A DNA stretch of 64,000 nucleotides from Lama guanicoe (GCA_013239625.1 MU053933.1:2319026-2383025), one strand, 5' to 3'. Positions 12,236 to 25,872 are shown, counted from the stretch's first letter. The notes: generated by a model not told the origin, from the letters alone. A program made the numbers and translations.

Positions 12236-14649
12236 CTGAAAGAGAGGGGACCGTCCACTTTAAAGGGGCTCAAAAAGGAAGGACCTGGTGAGACCTTCCA
12301 CCCCCGAGAGCATCACTGATCTTCCTGGAGACAAACCAGAAACACCGACAGCTGAGAATCCAGGGGAAGGGTATCAGCTCTCTGAGCACGAGAGCCTCCT
12401 CCTGAGAAGGGGAGAGAGGTCAGCGGACAGACGGGCAAGGCCCCCTCTCAGGGTTCCGGCACCCTTGGGTCTGAAGCACCCACACAAGCCACCTGGGTCT
12501 CACTCCGGAAGCACCAGGATGACTGACACACTCCCACCCACCCAGGAGAGCTAGCCACAGACCACCCACCCACCGCTGTCTCCCGCCCTGGGGGCTCTGG
12601 AGACCACGTCTCTGTCCCAGAGCCCCTTCCCGGTGGACCTGTCCGAGGACAGTGCAAGGGCGGGGCTCCACCAGGGACATCTAGCCTGCAGACACCTGCC
12701 CCTAGGATGGCTCTCCGTGGGCGGGCCAGCTGGGGCCAGCGGGCGCTCCATAACTGGTATTGGGAATCACACGGGGGCAGCTGAGGCCAGTGGGCAGGGA
12801 GGGCAGGAGACCAGAAGGGACGGAGCCTGAGAGAGGTGCTCAGGGGTCAGCAAGGGCCAGGAGGCTGCAGGGCAGGGAGCACAGCCTCGCCCGCACACTG
12901 CGGACCCGCCCCCCAGCGCTGCCGTGGGCAGGGTCTCCACCCAACCACAGTCATGGTCACCACCCTCCTTCCACGCACACGGCACACCTTCCCCCACCAG
13001 GTCTACGTGCGCAGCCTCGCGCTCGGCAGGCGCAGGACACAGCGTAAGGCCCTCCGAGAGGCACCGTCCGGGGGGGGGGCGCCAGGTCGTGAACACCCAC
13101 GAATGCCTCCTTTCAAACCAAGAGCTACAAGGGGGAGGAGGGCAGCAGCAGGCAGGGTGGCAGGGGCCCTCAGGAGGCCCTGCCCGGCTGGGCCCAACCA
13201 CAGAGCCCCACTAGTACGGACAGGACCGCTCTTGCCCACCCGCGTGTCTGCCGGCAGAAACCCCAGGCCCAGAGAGTCAGGAGGGCCACGGCCACAGCCT
13301 CCCAGGGCAGCGCCAGCACCGAGGGCACGGTCCAGGGGCAGCCGGCCGTGGAGCTGGAAAACAGCGCAGAGCAAGGGACGTGAGTTCTGGGAGGAGTGTG
13401 CACAGAATCCATTAAAACCTGAAAAAAAGAATTTACAGCAGAAATGCCTGTGACGTTTGTAACAGCAGTATTTATGGGCGACATGTGAGACGGCCGCGTC
13501 AGCGCCTCTCCCTGCCTTCCCGTGCCAGCCGAGCGCGGGCAGTGTGCCAGCTGCATCCCAGGCGCTCGGGCTCCGCTGTGTCTGCGGACGCCGGTGGCCG
13601 TCACAGCACCCCCCCACCGCCTCCCTGCAAGACCGCAATGCTCTCCTTCCGATGCTCCTCCTCTTCATGGAAGCACCTTTTCCTGGGACCTCTAGACCAC
13701 TCCTCCCTGCGTCCTTTGAAGGCCCTCTCCTTCCACAGGCCCTTCCAACACTACCCCTGTCCTGCCTGTCACCTACTGTCTCCTCCAGAGATGACCCCTC
13801 GCCCTCACCTCCACGACCAGCCTTCGGCTGAATGGCTCCTGGAGATTCGGCTCCTGCCCCCGGGGTGCACAGCACACACCCCAAACTCTTCTTGTCCCGA
13901 AATCCTGTTCCCTCTGGATTCCTGTCCCCAAAGACGGCAGCCCACCACCAGGCCGTCAGGTCAGAACACAGGAGCCACCTGCACACCAGTGAGCCCACGT
14001 CTTCCAGGTCCCCCCAGCCCAACCCCTTCCTCTCAGCCCAGGACCACGCCAGCCTGCTTCCAGCACGGGGGGCTGCTTGGACGATCTAACACCCCCACTG
14101 GGCAGCAGGCTCCGGGAGGCCCACTTCCTCAGGGCGCCCGCCCCGCCGGGCTCCAGCCACACCCAAGCCCCGACAGCACCCCGCCACGAGGGCCAGCGCC
14201 CCGCTTCAGAAGCCTTGCCCCCGCTCCCTGTTAACTCCTGCACGCTCTAAACCCACCTCAGGCACTGGCCTGGGAGCCCCTGCGTGCACCCTGGTCCCGG
14301 GATGTGTCACAGTACCTGCAACCTCCCTCAGAATGTGAGGCCTTACGCCCGGGGTCAGCGTCACACTGAGTTTACACCCGGGACACCGTGTCTGCAGCAC
14401 AGCGGGCCCCGTTAGGGCCTGCTGCATGAACGGGAGCCCGAGGACCAGAGCGCGGCTGAACACGGCCCACAGTGTGTACACACAACACAAGAGCATCTTC
14501 AAAAGCCATAATTACAAAAAGGAGGCTTACGCGTGGAAAAGCGCACACGAGTAACACGAAGGGGAAAGCAGGAAACAGCCTCCGTGCAGCGCTCCCAGAG
14601 GGCACGCGTGGTACTGGGCAAGGGCTCCCGAGGGCCCGGGCGGCGTTAC

Positions 14650-14790
14650 CTGCCAGCATGCTCACCACCGACAGCAGGATCTTCTCCACGCTCTGCACGG
14701 GGCTCCACCGCTCGGCGCTGCTCTCGTAGCCCATGGGGTCGTCGCCGGGGGCGTGCAGGATGGAGATGCAGACTCTGCCGTCGGGGTAGA
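14650..14790 (-). CDS. UBE2G2: UBE2G2 coding exon 5 ([47 protein letters not shown])
   Basis: Acceptor cccgcAG, donor G|GTAACG; 141 nt; catalytic Cys89 codon at 14768-14770 followed by the Ubc7/Cdc34-type acidic loop. Confidence 0.97.
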
Positions 14791-16589
14791 CTGCGGGTGG
14801 CAGAGCACACCAGGTGAGCCCAGGCCGCCTGGGGATGGGTGCTCGTCCGGCCCACGTGGTCCTAGCAGCCTTGCCGGCTCCCGGGGCTCAGCTCGCTCGC
14901 TGGCTCTCAGGACTCTGGGCCAGTCGAAACAGCTCCAGCCACCCAGGATGATTCCACTTCACATGGGTTGTTAAAGTATTATTTCCAAAGGGAATAAATG
15001 AAGGTCACCCGGCACTCAGATATTTCATCAAAGTATCTCATATAGTCAGGATTTTTCACAGTACTTCTCAGAACTAGCTTCTTAGCTATTCCTAATTCCA
15101 CTAGGAAATCTCTGAACTGGACTGTGTAAAATGTATGTTCCCACGGCAAGGACAAAGGTGACCGGAATTATGTAAATACTGAGAAAAAGACAGGCACCAA
15201 GATTTTTCTCGGTGATGTATTCTAGCAGAAAGATGGCCGTCTGTGGTCTCGGGAAGTCGGCTGTGCCTCAGTCTATCCAGTCCACCTCCCGTCACCACCA
15301 CTGACAGGTCTGAGTCCAAGGCCCAGCGCGGGGACCCTCCTGCTGGAAGGCCGCGAGCATCTCACACGCGCTTGGGGAGATTCTCAGGTTAGCATGTGCT
15401 CAGCTATCCCGGGAGACTCACCTGTAAAACCGCAAGGCCGTTAAGTTACAGCATGAAAAATAACAGCCAATTTTAAATAAACGCATCTCCTTCACCTGCA
15501 CCCACGAGTTCAGGATTCTGTGAGCACCCAGGAACGCGAAGAGCCCTGAAGGTCCTCAGCTCCGTGCCTGGCCTGGCCCCTCGCTCTTCTCACTCATGTT
15601 TGTCTTTAACACCACGTCACAGGCTTGCTCTAAAGGATGTGTTTATCTTTGATACAGTCTTATTATTTCTACCTTTAAGTTGCTCACAATCCTCTTCACA
15701 GCTGCATTTTATGGTTGATCCCTTGAACTTGCCGACCTCCTCAGTCAGCTCTACTGACTATGCTTTTACACTCGGTATTCTGGAAAATGCAAATACACAC
15801 CAAACCAGAGAGCAGAACTCGACGACTACCCGCACGCACGCATCACTCCACCTCAACACCTGCCGCTCGGCGCCAAACTTCCTGAAAGCATGAACGTTTC
15901 TCAGCACCTGCCATGCACACCGAGTTAACGCTGAGACAAGAGAGAAAACAGTACAAAACGGTCTCTGAGGAGGACGCTAATGACCTACACTGACAACAGC
16001 AGCAGTAAACGAGATGCTCCAAAGCGTTCGGGCCACAAGTCCCGCAGGAGAGCGTGTTCCCCAGGCAGGCGACCCTGAACACTTCACGGGGAGGGAGGAG
16101 CCCGGCTGGGCTTCAAGCAGGGAGGTGCCGAGCCGAGGGCAGACCAGGGGAGGGTGCGCCAAGACGGTTCATCGGTGAACTGAGAGAGAAGTCAAGGGCG
16201 CAGAAAATTCTGTAAATTCACCCATGGGTTAAACTGGCCTTTAGCGACTTGCCATGTAGAAAAGTACAGGAAAAGGCATCGGTTTCAAATAAGTAAGTAT
16301 TTCATTTCTATAAAATAGTGTATCTTACTTGCTTTTCTTCTCCACAGTCATTAAGATCGTGATTATTAGTGTCAATAATCCTTTGTAAAAGGCAACTTCT
16401 TCCCTTTTTATACAACATACTTCCTTGTTAATTCTCTTACCTACAACCCCATCTACAAGAGGAAGCAATAAAAACCACTGCCACTCAGGAACTCCGATCC
16501 CCGGCTCTAGACACTTGGCAAGACAAACGCAGTATATTTATTCACAGGACCTCATATATTCCTGTTTCTAAAAGTCATACGTGTTTATC

Positions 16590-16920
16590 TTAGACAAGAT
16601 TTGTAAGTAGAAAGAAAATCATCCCACAGTTGGAACATAACCATTGTTAACATTTTTTGCTACATTTCCAATTACATATGTTCACACATGAACTTCCTTC
16701 AAAAAGAAAAAAGCCTACTGATCAGTAACCTTTTAACTTGCTTTTCTCATTCACTCCAGCACGGACACCATCCCATACCGTTAAACGTTATTCTAGGTCA
16801 CTTACAACATCCGTGTAGTGTCCTAACACATGGATTAGTACAAGTTACTTAACTCTCTGCTACTGAAAACCTAGGTTGCTTTAAAATTTCCCCCCCTTTA
16901 AAAACAACACTGTGACAGAG
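16590..16920 (-). mobile_element. Old L1ME-like fragment in UBE2G2 intron 4
   Basis: accattgttaacatttt..., ctaggttgcttt..., aaacaacactgtga resemble an antisense L1 3' region. Confidence 0.45.
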
Positions 16921-17189
16921 GCGGGGGCGACCACGCTGGACTCTGACCCACCGGCTCCCTTCTGAGAGCTCCCCAGCCAGGCCAAGTGCTGTCCAGTTTT
17001 AGGGTCACGCTTCTTTCATCTACGCTGAGCTGTCCTTCGAGACTGAAATGACGATGTCAGCACCACCATCATTAACCTGCTGAAGTTCGAGGAGCACGCC
17101 CAGCGGCCCCTGTCACTGCACCGCCGTCCACGCGCCCACCCCGCCGCCAGCCTCTCCCAGGGCCCCCGGCGCCGCTCCCGGGCACTTAC

Positions 17190-17308
17190 TGTTGGGGTGG
17201 AACATCTCACAGGTAAATCGCATCTTTGGAGGACTTAACGGGTAATCAAGCGGGAAACTGAGGATGGCAGGAAAGACCCCGAACTCAAAGCAGGTGTCCT
17301 CCGGGCCC
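17190..17308 (-). CDS. UBE2G2: UBE2G2 coding exon 4 ([39 protein letters not shown])
   Basis: Visible in ORF 17113..17367; acceptor tgtcttctAG, donor A|GTAAGT; 119 nt; contains the E2 HPN motif. Confidence 0.97.
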
Positions 17309-20300
17309 CTAGAAGACACAGGACACAGGCAGGAGTGCAAGGAAGGCTTTTTTTCAGTATCTACCACATTTTAGGGAGTTAAGGAAATTTCTACTGCTTC
17401 ACAAATGCACATGAAAAGATTATCCAAATGGTAACGACAAATTGGTACTTTCTTCCAAATGGGAAGCAACGTCTCGTCTCACTGTCCCTCCCAATCTGGT
17501 TTAAATCACCAAGACCGACTGCGGACACAGGTTTTAGGGCAACAAAGGTGAGAGTGGGACAGCAGCACGTCGGAGCAACGGCACCAGAGGAGAGAACTCA
17601 CGCCGGCTCTGTAAGACCCTGGGGATTTCATTTTTCTGTTTATCTGGTACAATTACATTTTAGGATAAAGATGTAAGTCACGGTACAAGTTAGAGCAAGA
17701 TTCCACTGTATTAAATGAATGAGGGGTTAAGAGTCGTTATGTCAAAGGCTATTTTTAATTTTTAAATGCACGTGCGAAGTGATTTTGTAACCTTCCAGAA
17801 ACAGATAAAGAGCACACGTGAGCTCACTGGTGACACTAGCTGCAAAGGGCCAGGCATGTGCACATGCACTGGGCTGCAAGCTGGGACCTGTGGCCTGGGC
17901 GCGGGCCATGTCCTGCGCCGACACAGCCACCTGAGCCCTCAATGTCCCCAGACACGCACGTGCCTGTCTGCCTGGGTGGACGTCCTCCTCACATGGAAAA
18001 TGGCAGAAACGGGCCAAAGCGCTTCCAAAGTCCTGTTAAACTGTAAAATTCTATCCTGTAAGTTAACACTGCCTTGACCAGTACACACGGCAGGAAGGCG
18101 AGCCCGCCCCGCCTGCCCGCGTGTTAACAGAGAGGAACTCCTCCACCCCTTACAAATTCCACTTCTAAACTGAATTCATAAATCTACCTTAGAGTAGTTC
18201 TTAAAAATCTTAGACCATCTTTCCAAGGCGAAGTTTTATAAGAAAGGAGAACGGCTGCACGAGTTACAGGCACTGACACGGGGCAAGGACTCGGGGAAGA
18301 CGCAGCACTCCAGCAGACAGGAGCAGACCCCCACGCTGCCCGCGGGAGCGGACAGCGCGGCCCCTCCGCCGGCTCCCCTGCTCCGCCAGGCCCCGCACGC
18401 ATCATGACCCCAGGACAGGGCAACTCGCACGGGCCGAGACCTCCATGACGGGAGCCGCTCAAAGACACAAACCGCAGAGAGGAGGCGTACAAACAGCTCT
18501 GCTTTCCCGTGGTGACAACCCGGGGGTGGTGACAGCCGCCGGAGGTGGGCCAGGACGGCACGGGGTGGGGGGAGGGTCAGATAAGAACAAGGCGAGAAGT
18601 GTTTGTAAGACATAAGCCTTGACTCTGAAATCTGTCCCTGCTGTTTCTGGGGAGGCTGGGGTGAAAGCACCTCGTCTTGGAGGGATGCGGCCCGAGACCG
18701 GAAGGGCGAAGCCCTGGGCAGAGGGGAGGGCGGGGCCAACTCGCGGCAAACCGCCCGCCCCCCACGGTGGACGCCCCAAAGCCTCTCCCTCTGAGGCAGG
18801 GTCTGCACAGACCTGGGGGGAGGTCTGTGGTCCCCCCTCACCTGCTCTTCCGGGCAGATGACAAAAGCCGCCCTGTTAGCTCTCCCTGCGTCCTTCCGAG
18901 GAAGGTGTAAGGGTTAAGTGACGGTCCGGGTCCCCGTCAGTTCGGCAAGTGCTCGAACGGCAGGCCCAGGAGCCTGGGCAAACGGAGGCAGTCTGTAAAG
19001 CGAGGCTGTTAACACGCTGCAGGGCTGGCGCGGGCCCCAGGGCTCCTGGAACAGCTGCTTCAGAACAGAAAGGAGTGTCTGGGTCGCGTTTCTGGACTGA
19101 GCCAAGAGGAATCTGCTCAATACTCTGATAACAGTTCTTTGTTTCTCATAATAGGGCTTTCTTTAAAATTAAAAAGGAAGAAGCCCACTGGGCCTCCAGT
19201 AGCTTTGGAAGCATGATCAAACATTTCCTAAAGTGCTCCCGCATCTTAACTGTCAAAGCTGTTTCCACACGCTCTGGTTCGCCGCTGGTTTGACACTGGG
19301 GTTCAGAGGGCCGGCTGCCCTGGACTCGCAGCCAGGTGGGCCCCGCTGGGCGGCACACCTGCTGATGCCACGGAAAACGCTGTCGAGAAGATTCCTGAAC
19401 CAAGACGAGAGTGGTAATTGGTGCTGTTTTTGGACAAGTCGCACTGCCGCGCTCCAGGCCAGCCTCCTTCTCCTCCACCAAAGAAGGCCTCAGCCCGAAA
19501 TCTTCAGAAAGAAAAGGGAAGAGTATCAGAAGAGAGAAGCAAACCCAGCTCCTCCGAGGCCGCAGGTCACTTTCTATCTTAACGGGCTAAAGCAACGGCC
19601 TGCGTGACTTCAGAGCTCGGAGGTGAGTGTGCTCATCTTCTGAGGCGAGCACCTGAGTGGAGCTCAACCACCACCTGGACTCTGCGCAGAAACCGCGCGT
19701 CACACAGCTCACGCTGACGTGCGGGCCTCGGGGGAAGGGGGTGCGGAGGTCACAGCCCTGGCCTCGCCCGACCGCCACCCAGCAGCGCTCGCCCTCCAGA
19801 GGGACAGTGCCCAGCGCGGCGCCGCCACCGTGCCGTCACTAACAGTCAGTCATCGCGGAGCCAACAGAAAGTGGAGACACGCGCGCTTAGTCTTCCAACG
19901 TTGAACGCAAGAGCAGCCGCGCTGCGCTCCTCACTCCCACCCGCGCTCCGTGATGACGGAGGCGGCAGGCAGGCCGGGCGCCGCGGGGCGAGGGGGGCCG
20001 CAGCTGCGCGTCACTCTGGCTGCGGCAAGCGTGGAGGCAGCTGGTCTGTGCTGTTCCCTTTTCCAAGCTGTCCCAGCGTGTGCACAGAACGTCTCAAACA
20101 CACACGCGACGAGGCTGTAACTAATGGGGACGTGAGCGCCCTCACTGGCACTTCAGCTGGAACTGGGTTACTGAGGGGCAGCCACTCTCCAAAGCCACGA
20201 CCACCTGAAGCACAGAAGAGAAGGGCGCGTGGTTCCCCAGACCCCCTTCCCGTCTGGCCAGGTGCCCCCCCTTGCACTGCAGCGCCCACGCGAGCACCCA

Positions 20301-21264
20301 GCGGGGCAGCCGTGCGGGGGACGGAGTCAGAGCAGAGGTGCCAGCTCCACCTGCTCCCTCTGCCCGCAGTGCAGCCGCGACTCCTTCCCACGCCCGTCTC
20401 CCCACCGCCGGAGGGCTGTACGCCCGCCCCAGCCCCGGGCCGGGCGCCCGGCTTCAGCCCAAGCAGAGGCTGAAGCGGCACCTGCTGCATCTGCCGGAGG
20501 CGGCCCCTGCGGCAGCGGGCTGCACAGACACTGCGGGAAGGGGCTGCCCCCACCGCAGGAAAGCAGGCCGGGCGCAGGGAGCTGTCACCCAGGCAGTGCC
20601 CCCGCAGCCTGTGTCCTGGCGTCTGCTGGTCCCAGCGGCGCTACACGTCTACACCCAGCTGGCAGCAGCCCTGCCTCAGCGCCGTGTCTCGGGGAACGAC
20701 CCGGGCAGCTGTTTTGCTGGCGTTTCCTCTTCTGTTGCGCACTAAGCAACCCCAGCGACCCGGACCCGGACGTAAAGAACCAGCGCTGGGAGCTGGGGGA
20801 GGGCAGGACAGGCGCCTCTGTCAGGAATCACTGAAGCAACAAACACAGGCTTTCTTCCATGTGATTATTTTCAGGATTTAATCTGCTCAAAAGGAGCCAA
20901 GAGTCATCTCCGAATTTTGGCTGCAACAGAAATTTCTGAAAACTTCAAATCAAATACACTTCAACTGTATTTAAAGTGCACAAAGTAAGTCCATCAATCA
21001 TACGAATTTCATAGTGCATTCTGGATGGACATAAACCCTGACCTTGCCCAGAATGAGTAGGAGGGTCAGAGAAGACTCAAACACACGAGTATACACAGGA
21101 AAGCAGGCGAACTCCTCGCGGACTGCCCCTCCCAAGTCACCCCGCAGCCACGGCAAGCCCCACTCTTCTCCCAGGCTTGCCTCTGTGGGCGTGAATTCAC
21201 ATGCTCGCACCCACAAAACTGGGTTATTTTTTAAAAAAGTCTCATGGCGCTGCTGCGGGGAATT

Positions 21265-22748
21265 TTAAAACACCTAAATAAATGGAGAGACATTCCACAT
21301 GCACAGACTGGAGCACTCAGGATCGTTAAGGTGCCAGTATTCCTCGCACTGGTCTGAAGACTCAGAGCAACTTCTCTCAAAATCCCAGCTGGCTTCTCCA
21401 CAGAAACTGACAAGCTGCTCCCCAAATTCCAGCAGGAAGGCAAGGGACCCAGAACAGGCAGAGCAATCTTGAAAAGGGAGAACACCACACTCCCAATTTC
21501 AGAACTTACGAGCTAGAGCGACGGAGACCGTGTGGTGCTCGTGGGAGGACGGACAGAGCACCGGAGCAGAAGTCAGGCCCGCGGCCAGACCCTCACATTC
21601 AGGGTCAACGGATTCTGACAAAGGTGCCACGGTAACCCAATGCAGCAAGGATCTTCTCTTCGACAAACGGTGCGGGACAACTGGACAGCCACCCGCTGAA
21701 GGATGAAGTTGGCCCCCTACCCAAAGCCACACCCCCAAATCATCCAAAATGGGCCAAAAGCCTGAATGTAAGAGCTATAAATATAAAACTTCTGAAAGAA
21801 AACGTCTGAGAGAACTTCTGTAACCTGGGGTCATGTGACACCAAAAGCATGACCCATACGAGGAAATAACCGCCGCTCTGCACTTCACAGGAATTAAAAC
21901 GCCTCAGCTTCAAAGTGCCCCGTCAGGAGACGGACAGGAGAGCTGCAGCCTGGGAGAAAATATCTAAATCTCACATTGCCTGACAAAGGACTTGTATCTA
22001 AAATACATGAAGACCTTGAGGGCTGAATAAGAAGACAACCCAGTTTAAAAATGGGCAAAAGTTCTTAAGTTCACCAAAGAAGACATGAGAATGGCCAAGA
22101 AGCCCAGGAAAGGGCGCTCCGCACCACCGGGCACTGAAACGCGGAACAAGTCCACACGGAGACCCCCGCGCCCACTAGGACAGCCGTCAGCACCCAGCAC
22201 CCAGCACCCAGCAGCCAGCAGGGCAGGAAGGGGCGGGGAGGTGCAGGGAGGTGCAGGGAGGGCCGGGGAGGTGCAGGTAGGAACTCCACAGCGCGGTGGG
22301 AGCCTACAACGGTGAGCTCTTCTGGAAAACAGTCCGGCAGCTTCCTAAACGTTAACATGAACTGACTGCTAGGGCAGCGCCGCTGCTGCGGGCCCAGCCG
22401 GGAGGAAGGACTGGGCACCTCCGACCCGCATGTGAGTGTGGCAGCAGCCGAAGGCCCGTCCGCGGTGGATGTGACTCGGCTGTGACAGGAAGGAGCCGCT
22501 GACACCAGCATCTCCGAGAAAAAGGGACTAGACAGCGATGACTCCACTTGCAGGAAAGGTCCAGAAAAGGTAAATCGATCGAGTCAGTAGGTAAGAGGTG
22601 GACAGCCGAGGGCGGTGAGGGGGACTGAGCGCAAACAGGCATGAGGACCTTTTGGAAATAAATGCTCTAAAGTTGAATTACTGATCATACACTTAATACA
22701 GGTACAACTTACGATGTGTCAGTCACATCTCAGTAAAGCTGTTAAGCG
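21265..22748 (+). mobile_element. LINE-1 (L1M) ORF2 3' part and 3' end in UBE2G2 intron 3
   Basis: cctaaataaatggagagacattcc..., aaaatcccagctggc, gacaaaggtgcca, aaaaatgggcaaaag, 3' terminus tctcagtaaagctgtt; no intact ORF. Confidence 0.85.
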
Positions 22749-25700
22749 TATCTGGCCACCTCAGGGTGTCCTGGCCCCGACACTGCTGCCACCTCGGGCG
22801 TCCTGGGTGTCACAGGGCACTCAGCGCCCGCCCGGCCGGTGCCTGCAGAAGCGCGCCCCCCGCGTGACAACCACCACCACCTCCAGGCACAGCCTGACGT
22901 CCCGCGGGGCGAGGCCACCCGTAGTGACAACACTGGTCCAGACCTGCTGCCCACCGTCTGCTGCAGCCTTGCTGAACACGTGGGGGCCCCGTCCACGCAG
23001 TCGGCGCACGGACTCTGCCGGAACGGCTGCAGTGTGGCCGGCATCCTGCCGACTGGATGTCCGTGACTGTATCAGACAAGGATGCTTCTGGGGTTTTTTT
23101 TATTACTATAGTGAATGTTGAAATGAACCTCCTCACACAGAGGTCTTTGTGACACTTCTGATGAAGAAATTCCCACGGTGGGAACTATTGGGTCAGAGAA
23201 CATACAGTACAAATTATAAACATCTATTTTAGTATCTCAGGTTTATTTTGGCACAATGCTGAAAGGAGACAGTCTTCTGTAAACCAGGGGCCTGATCTAA
23301 AGGGCGGTGACCATGACTTCTGCACCCAGCGCGGGCCAGGCACACACAGTCCAGGTGAAGCGAGAGCCGGGAGCCCTGGCACCCGCAGGTGTGAACTGGC
23401 TTCACCCAGGCGCTGGCGGTAACGCGGGGGTGCGGTCAGCCAAGGGTCTCAGCCGTTCAGGAAGGGGAGGAGCCTTCTCGTTTCACCACAGCCTCTGGGC
23501 CCTGATCTGGAGATGGGACCGCAGCCTGGCCATGGAGCAGGCAGGGAGGTTCCCACGCCGGCCGCTGTACGAAGGCCGGGGCGGGACAGAGGCGGGCGGC
23601 GAGACTCCAAGGCACTTCACATCTTTTCGAGCCACTGAGGCTGAACCGCCGTCCTGCCACCACAGGCTCTTCTTGCCTGACAGAGGCACGTCCACCTCCA
23701 ACACCACAGCCAAGGCCCACAGGTGACGCGGGCCAGACACCCCAGAGCTGGGAGAGGTGAAGTCAAGGGTCTAAGACCACGTTGAACCTCTGTTCTGACC
23801 CAAGTGAGTCAAAGTCAGAGAGGCAGAGTTCAGGAGGCCTGCCCATCGGGGGGGCTGGAAGGCCCGGCCGTCCTCTGCTGGGTCACACGCTCAGGCTTCA
23901 CAGTGAGCACGGCTGGGAGTCACTCAGGTTTATTTCCAACTTTTAATCAGAGAACAGGCTGTGGCAACGTCACTACTGTTAGTTTGCTGTGTTCCCCACC
24001 CCAGTCCCTAATCTTCTTCTTCCAGGGTAGAGATCTGGGGTCACCCAGGACACGCCTGCATCCCCTCACATAACAGGCACTCTGTATTTGTCTCTCGAGC
24101 ACCGGAAAAGATGTTTTCCTCACTGCACAGCTGAGAGGACGGAGGCCCCGAGTTGAGCACGCCTGCAGAGGCCGACCGCAGCAGGCACCCAGAGGTGGAG
24201 GCCGGCATGGCTTTTAGGGACACGAGGGTCTGGAAGAAACCCTGGAAACGATCAAAGAATAGAGAGAGAAAAGAACACCCATCGCTATGGAGTGGGACTC
24301 AGCCAGCTGTCTGCCAAACAGCAGGGGGAGCGAGCCAGCAGGAGGACAGTTAATTCCTTAATGGGTGTTTGAGCACATCTGGGAACGGCCTCCTGCTCTG
24401 CCAGGGTCTGGAACAGGACCAAAGACCACAAACTCACCAGATCTTGAAGCAGGGGAATTCCACACTAATGCAGAAAGCCTCATTCAACATAAAAGTGGTC
24501 TACCTAGAAGTAGTCCTAATTGCTTTTTAAGACAGGTTTTCAAAATACTGGTTTAATTTTATGCTCTTTACCTATAATCAGTAATTTTACCCTAACAGAT
24601 TCTTAACCACAAACACTTAAAGAACCACCCTGGAAGGCTCAAGCGTCCCTGTAAGGCCTTCTAAAGAAGTCTGCGTGGACGTGCTCAGGCACCACTGCCA
24701 AAGACGGAAGAACTGTCAGGCGACCGCGCGCTCCGCACCCACAGAGGCCCCCCGACAACCGTGCACCCCCGCCAGGCTTGCTGCCCTGGTGGTGTGCCTA
24801 TGTGTCTGCACGAACACAGAAAGAATGAATATGACGTCATAAAGGAAAAGAACAGGTTACAAATCAAGTTCATATGACATGATCTCCTGTTTCTCTAAAA
24901 ATAAAGCTGCAGCTGGGCTGAGTGTACAATGCCCTGTTCCATGAAAACAAGGACACTGCTGACCAGGAGACTCACCGTCCAACTCGTAACTGCTTTCGGG
25001 GAGTGAAGACACAATACCATGTTAGACCCACATACAGGCTGCGAAGTCATCCTCCTGCCAGAAATATTTAAACACCGAAGGAAAGACAGGCATCGCAGGC
25101 CCAAGCAATCAGGGCATTCAGATCACCGGGAAGCATTAGTCTCGATGCCCTTTCTCCGGACTGCATTTATTGATGATTTTTTAAATAATTTGCTTTTCAA
25201 AAAATTTCATTTTCACATCAACTTCCATGTATTAATCTAACCCACAGACAACATTCAGCAGCAATTTGTTTCTCAGACTAAATGTGATGTAAGCAGCAGG
25301 CAAACGAAGAAAGTCTGACGATGTCAACATTACCGCCTCAAACCAGAGTTCATGCTTGCTCCAGCAAAGTCACACTCCCTCTAGGCTCCCCCAGGGCACC
25401 TCTCCATCAACGAAATCCAACCTGAAAACTTCCTACCTAATTAAAGGACCTCATTTTACTAGCGAGAATACCGAAACTGATGATAAACCCCAACTTCCTA
25501 AATTACACCTGCCCACATTTTGTTACAAATTCACTGAGTCTAAAAATGGCCGAGGACTGCACATCTAAAGTAGAAGAGACACAAAGGGCCTGGGTCGTGG
25601 GCCAAAGAACACGCTGGAATCTGGGGTCAACTGGGCTCTTTTCAAGCAACATCACCATGAGGGAAATACTGTGAAATCCAGTCCAGATCTTTCTGGAATG

Positions 25701-25824
25701 GGGACAGGAACCACACTGCTCACCTTTGAACTAAGCCACGTCTCGAGTCAGGGACAAGGGAAGGCCAGACAAGGCAGAGGGGAAAAGGAGCAGCAGCAGA
25801 GGAGGAGTACAACATGGGGGTGTG

Positions 25825-25872
25825 GGAGGAGGAAGTGGGGGGAGGAGGAAGTGGGGGGAGGAGGAAGTGGGG
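25825..25872. repeat. Perfect 16-bp x3 tandem repeat GGAGGAGGAAGTGGGG
   Basis: Three exact copies within a longer purine-rich tract. Confidence 0.9.

Noticed and set aside
16435..16443. Recursive splice site (TAG|GTAAGA)
   Set aside because: The intron is only ~2.4 kb and the pyrimidine tract belongs to the AG 12 nt upstream; a microexon reading fits better
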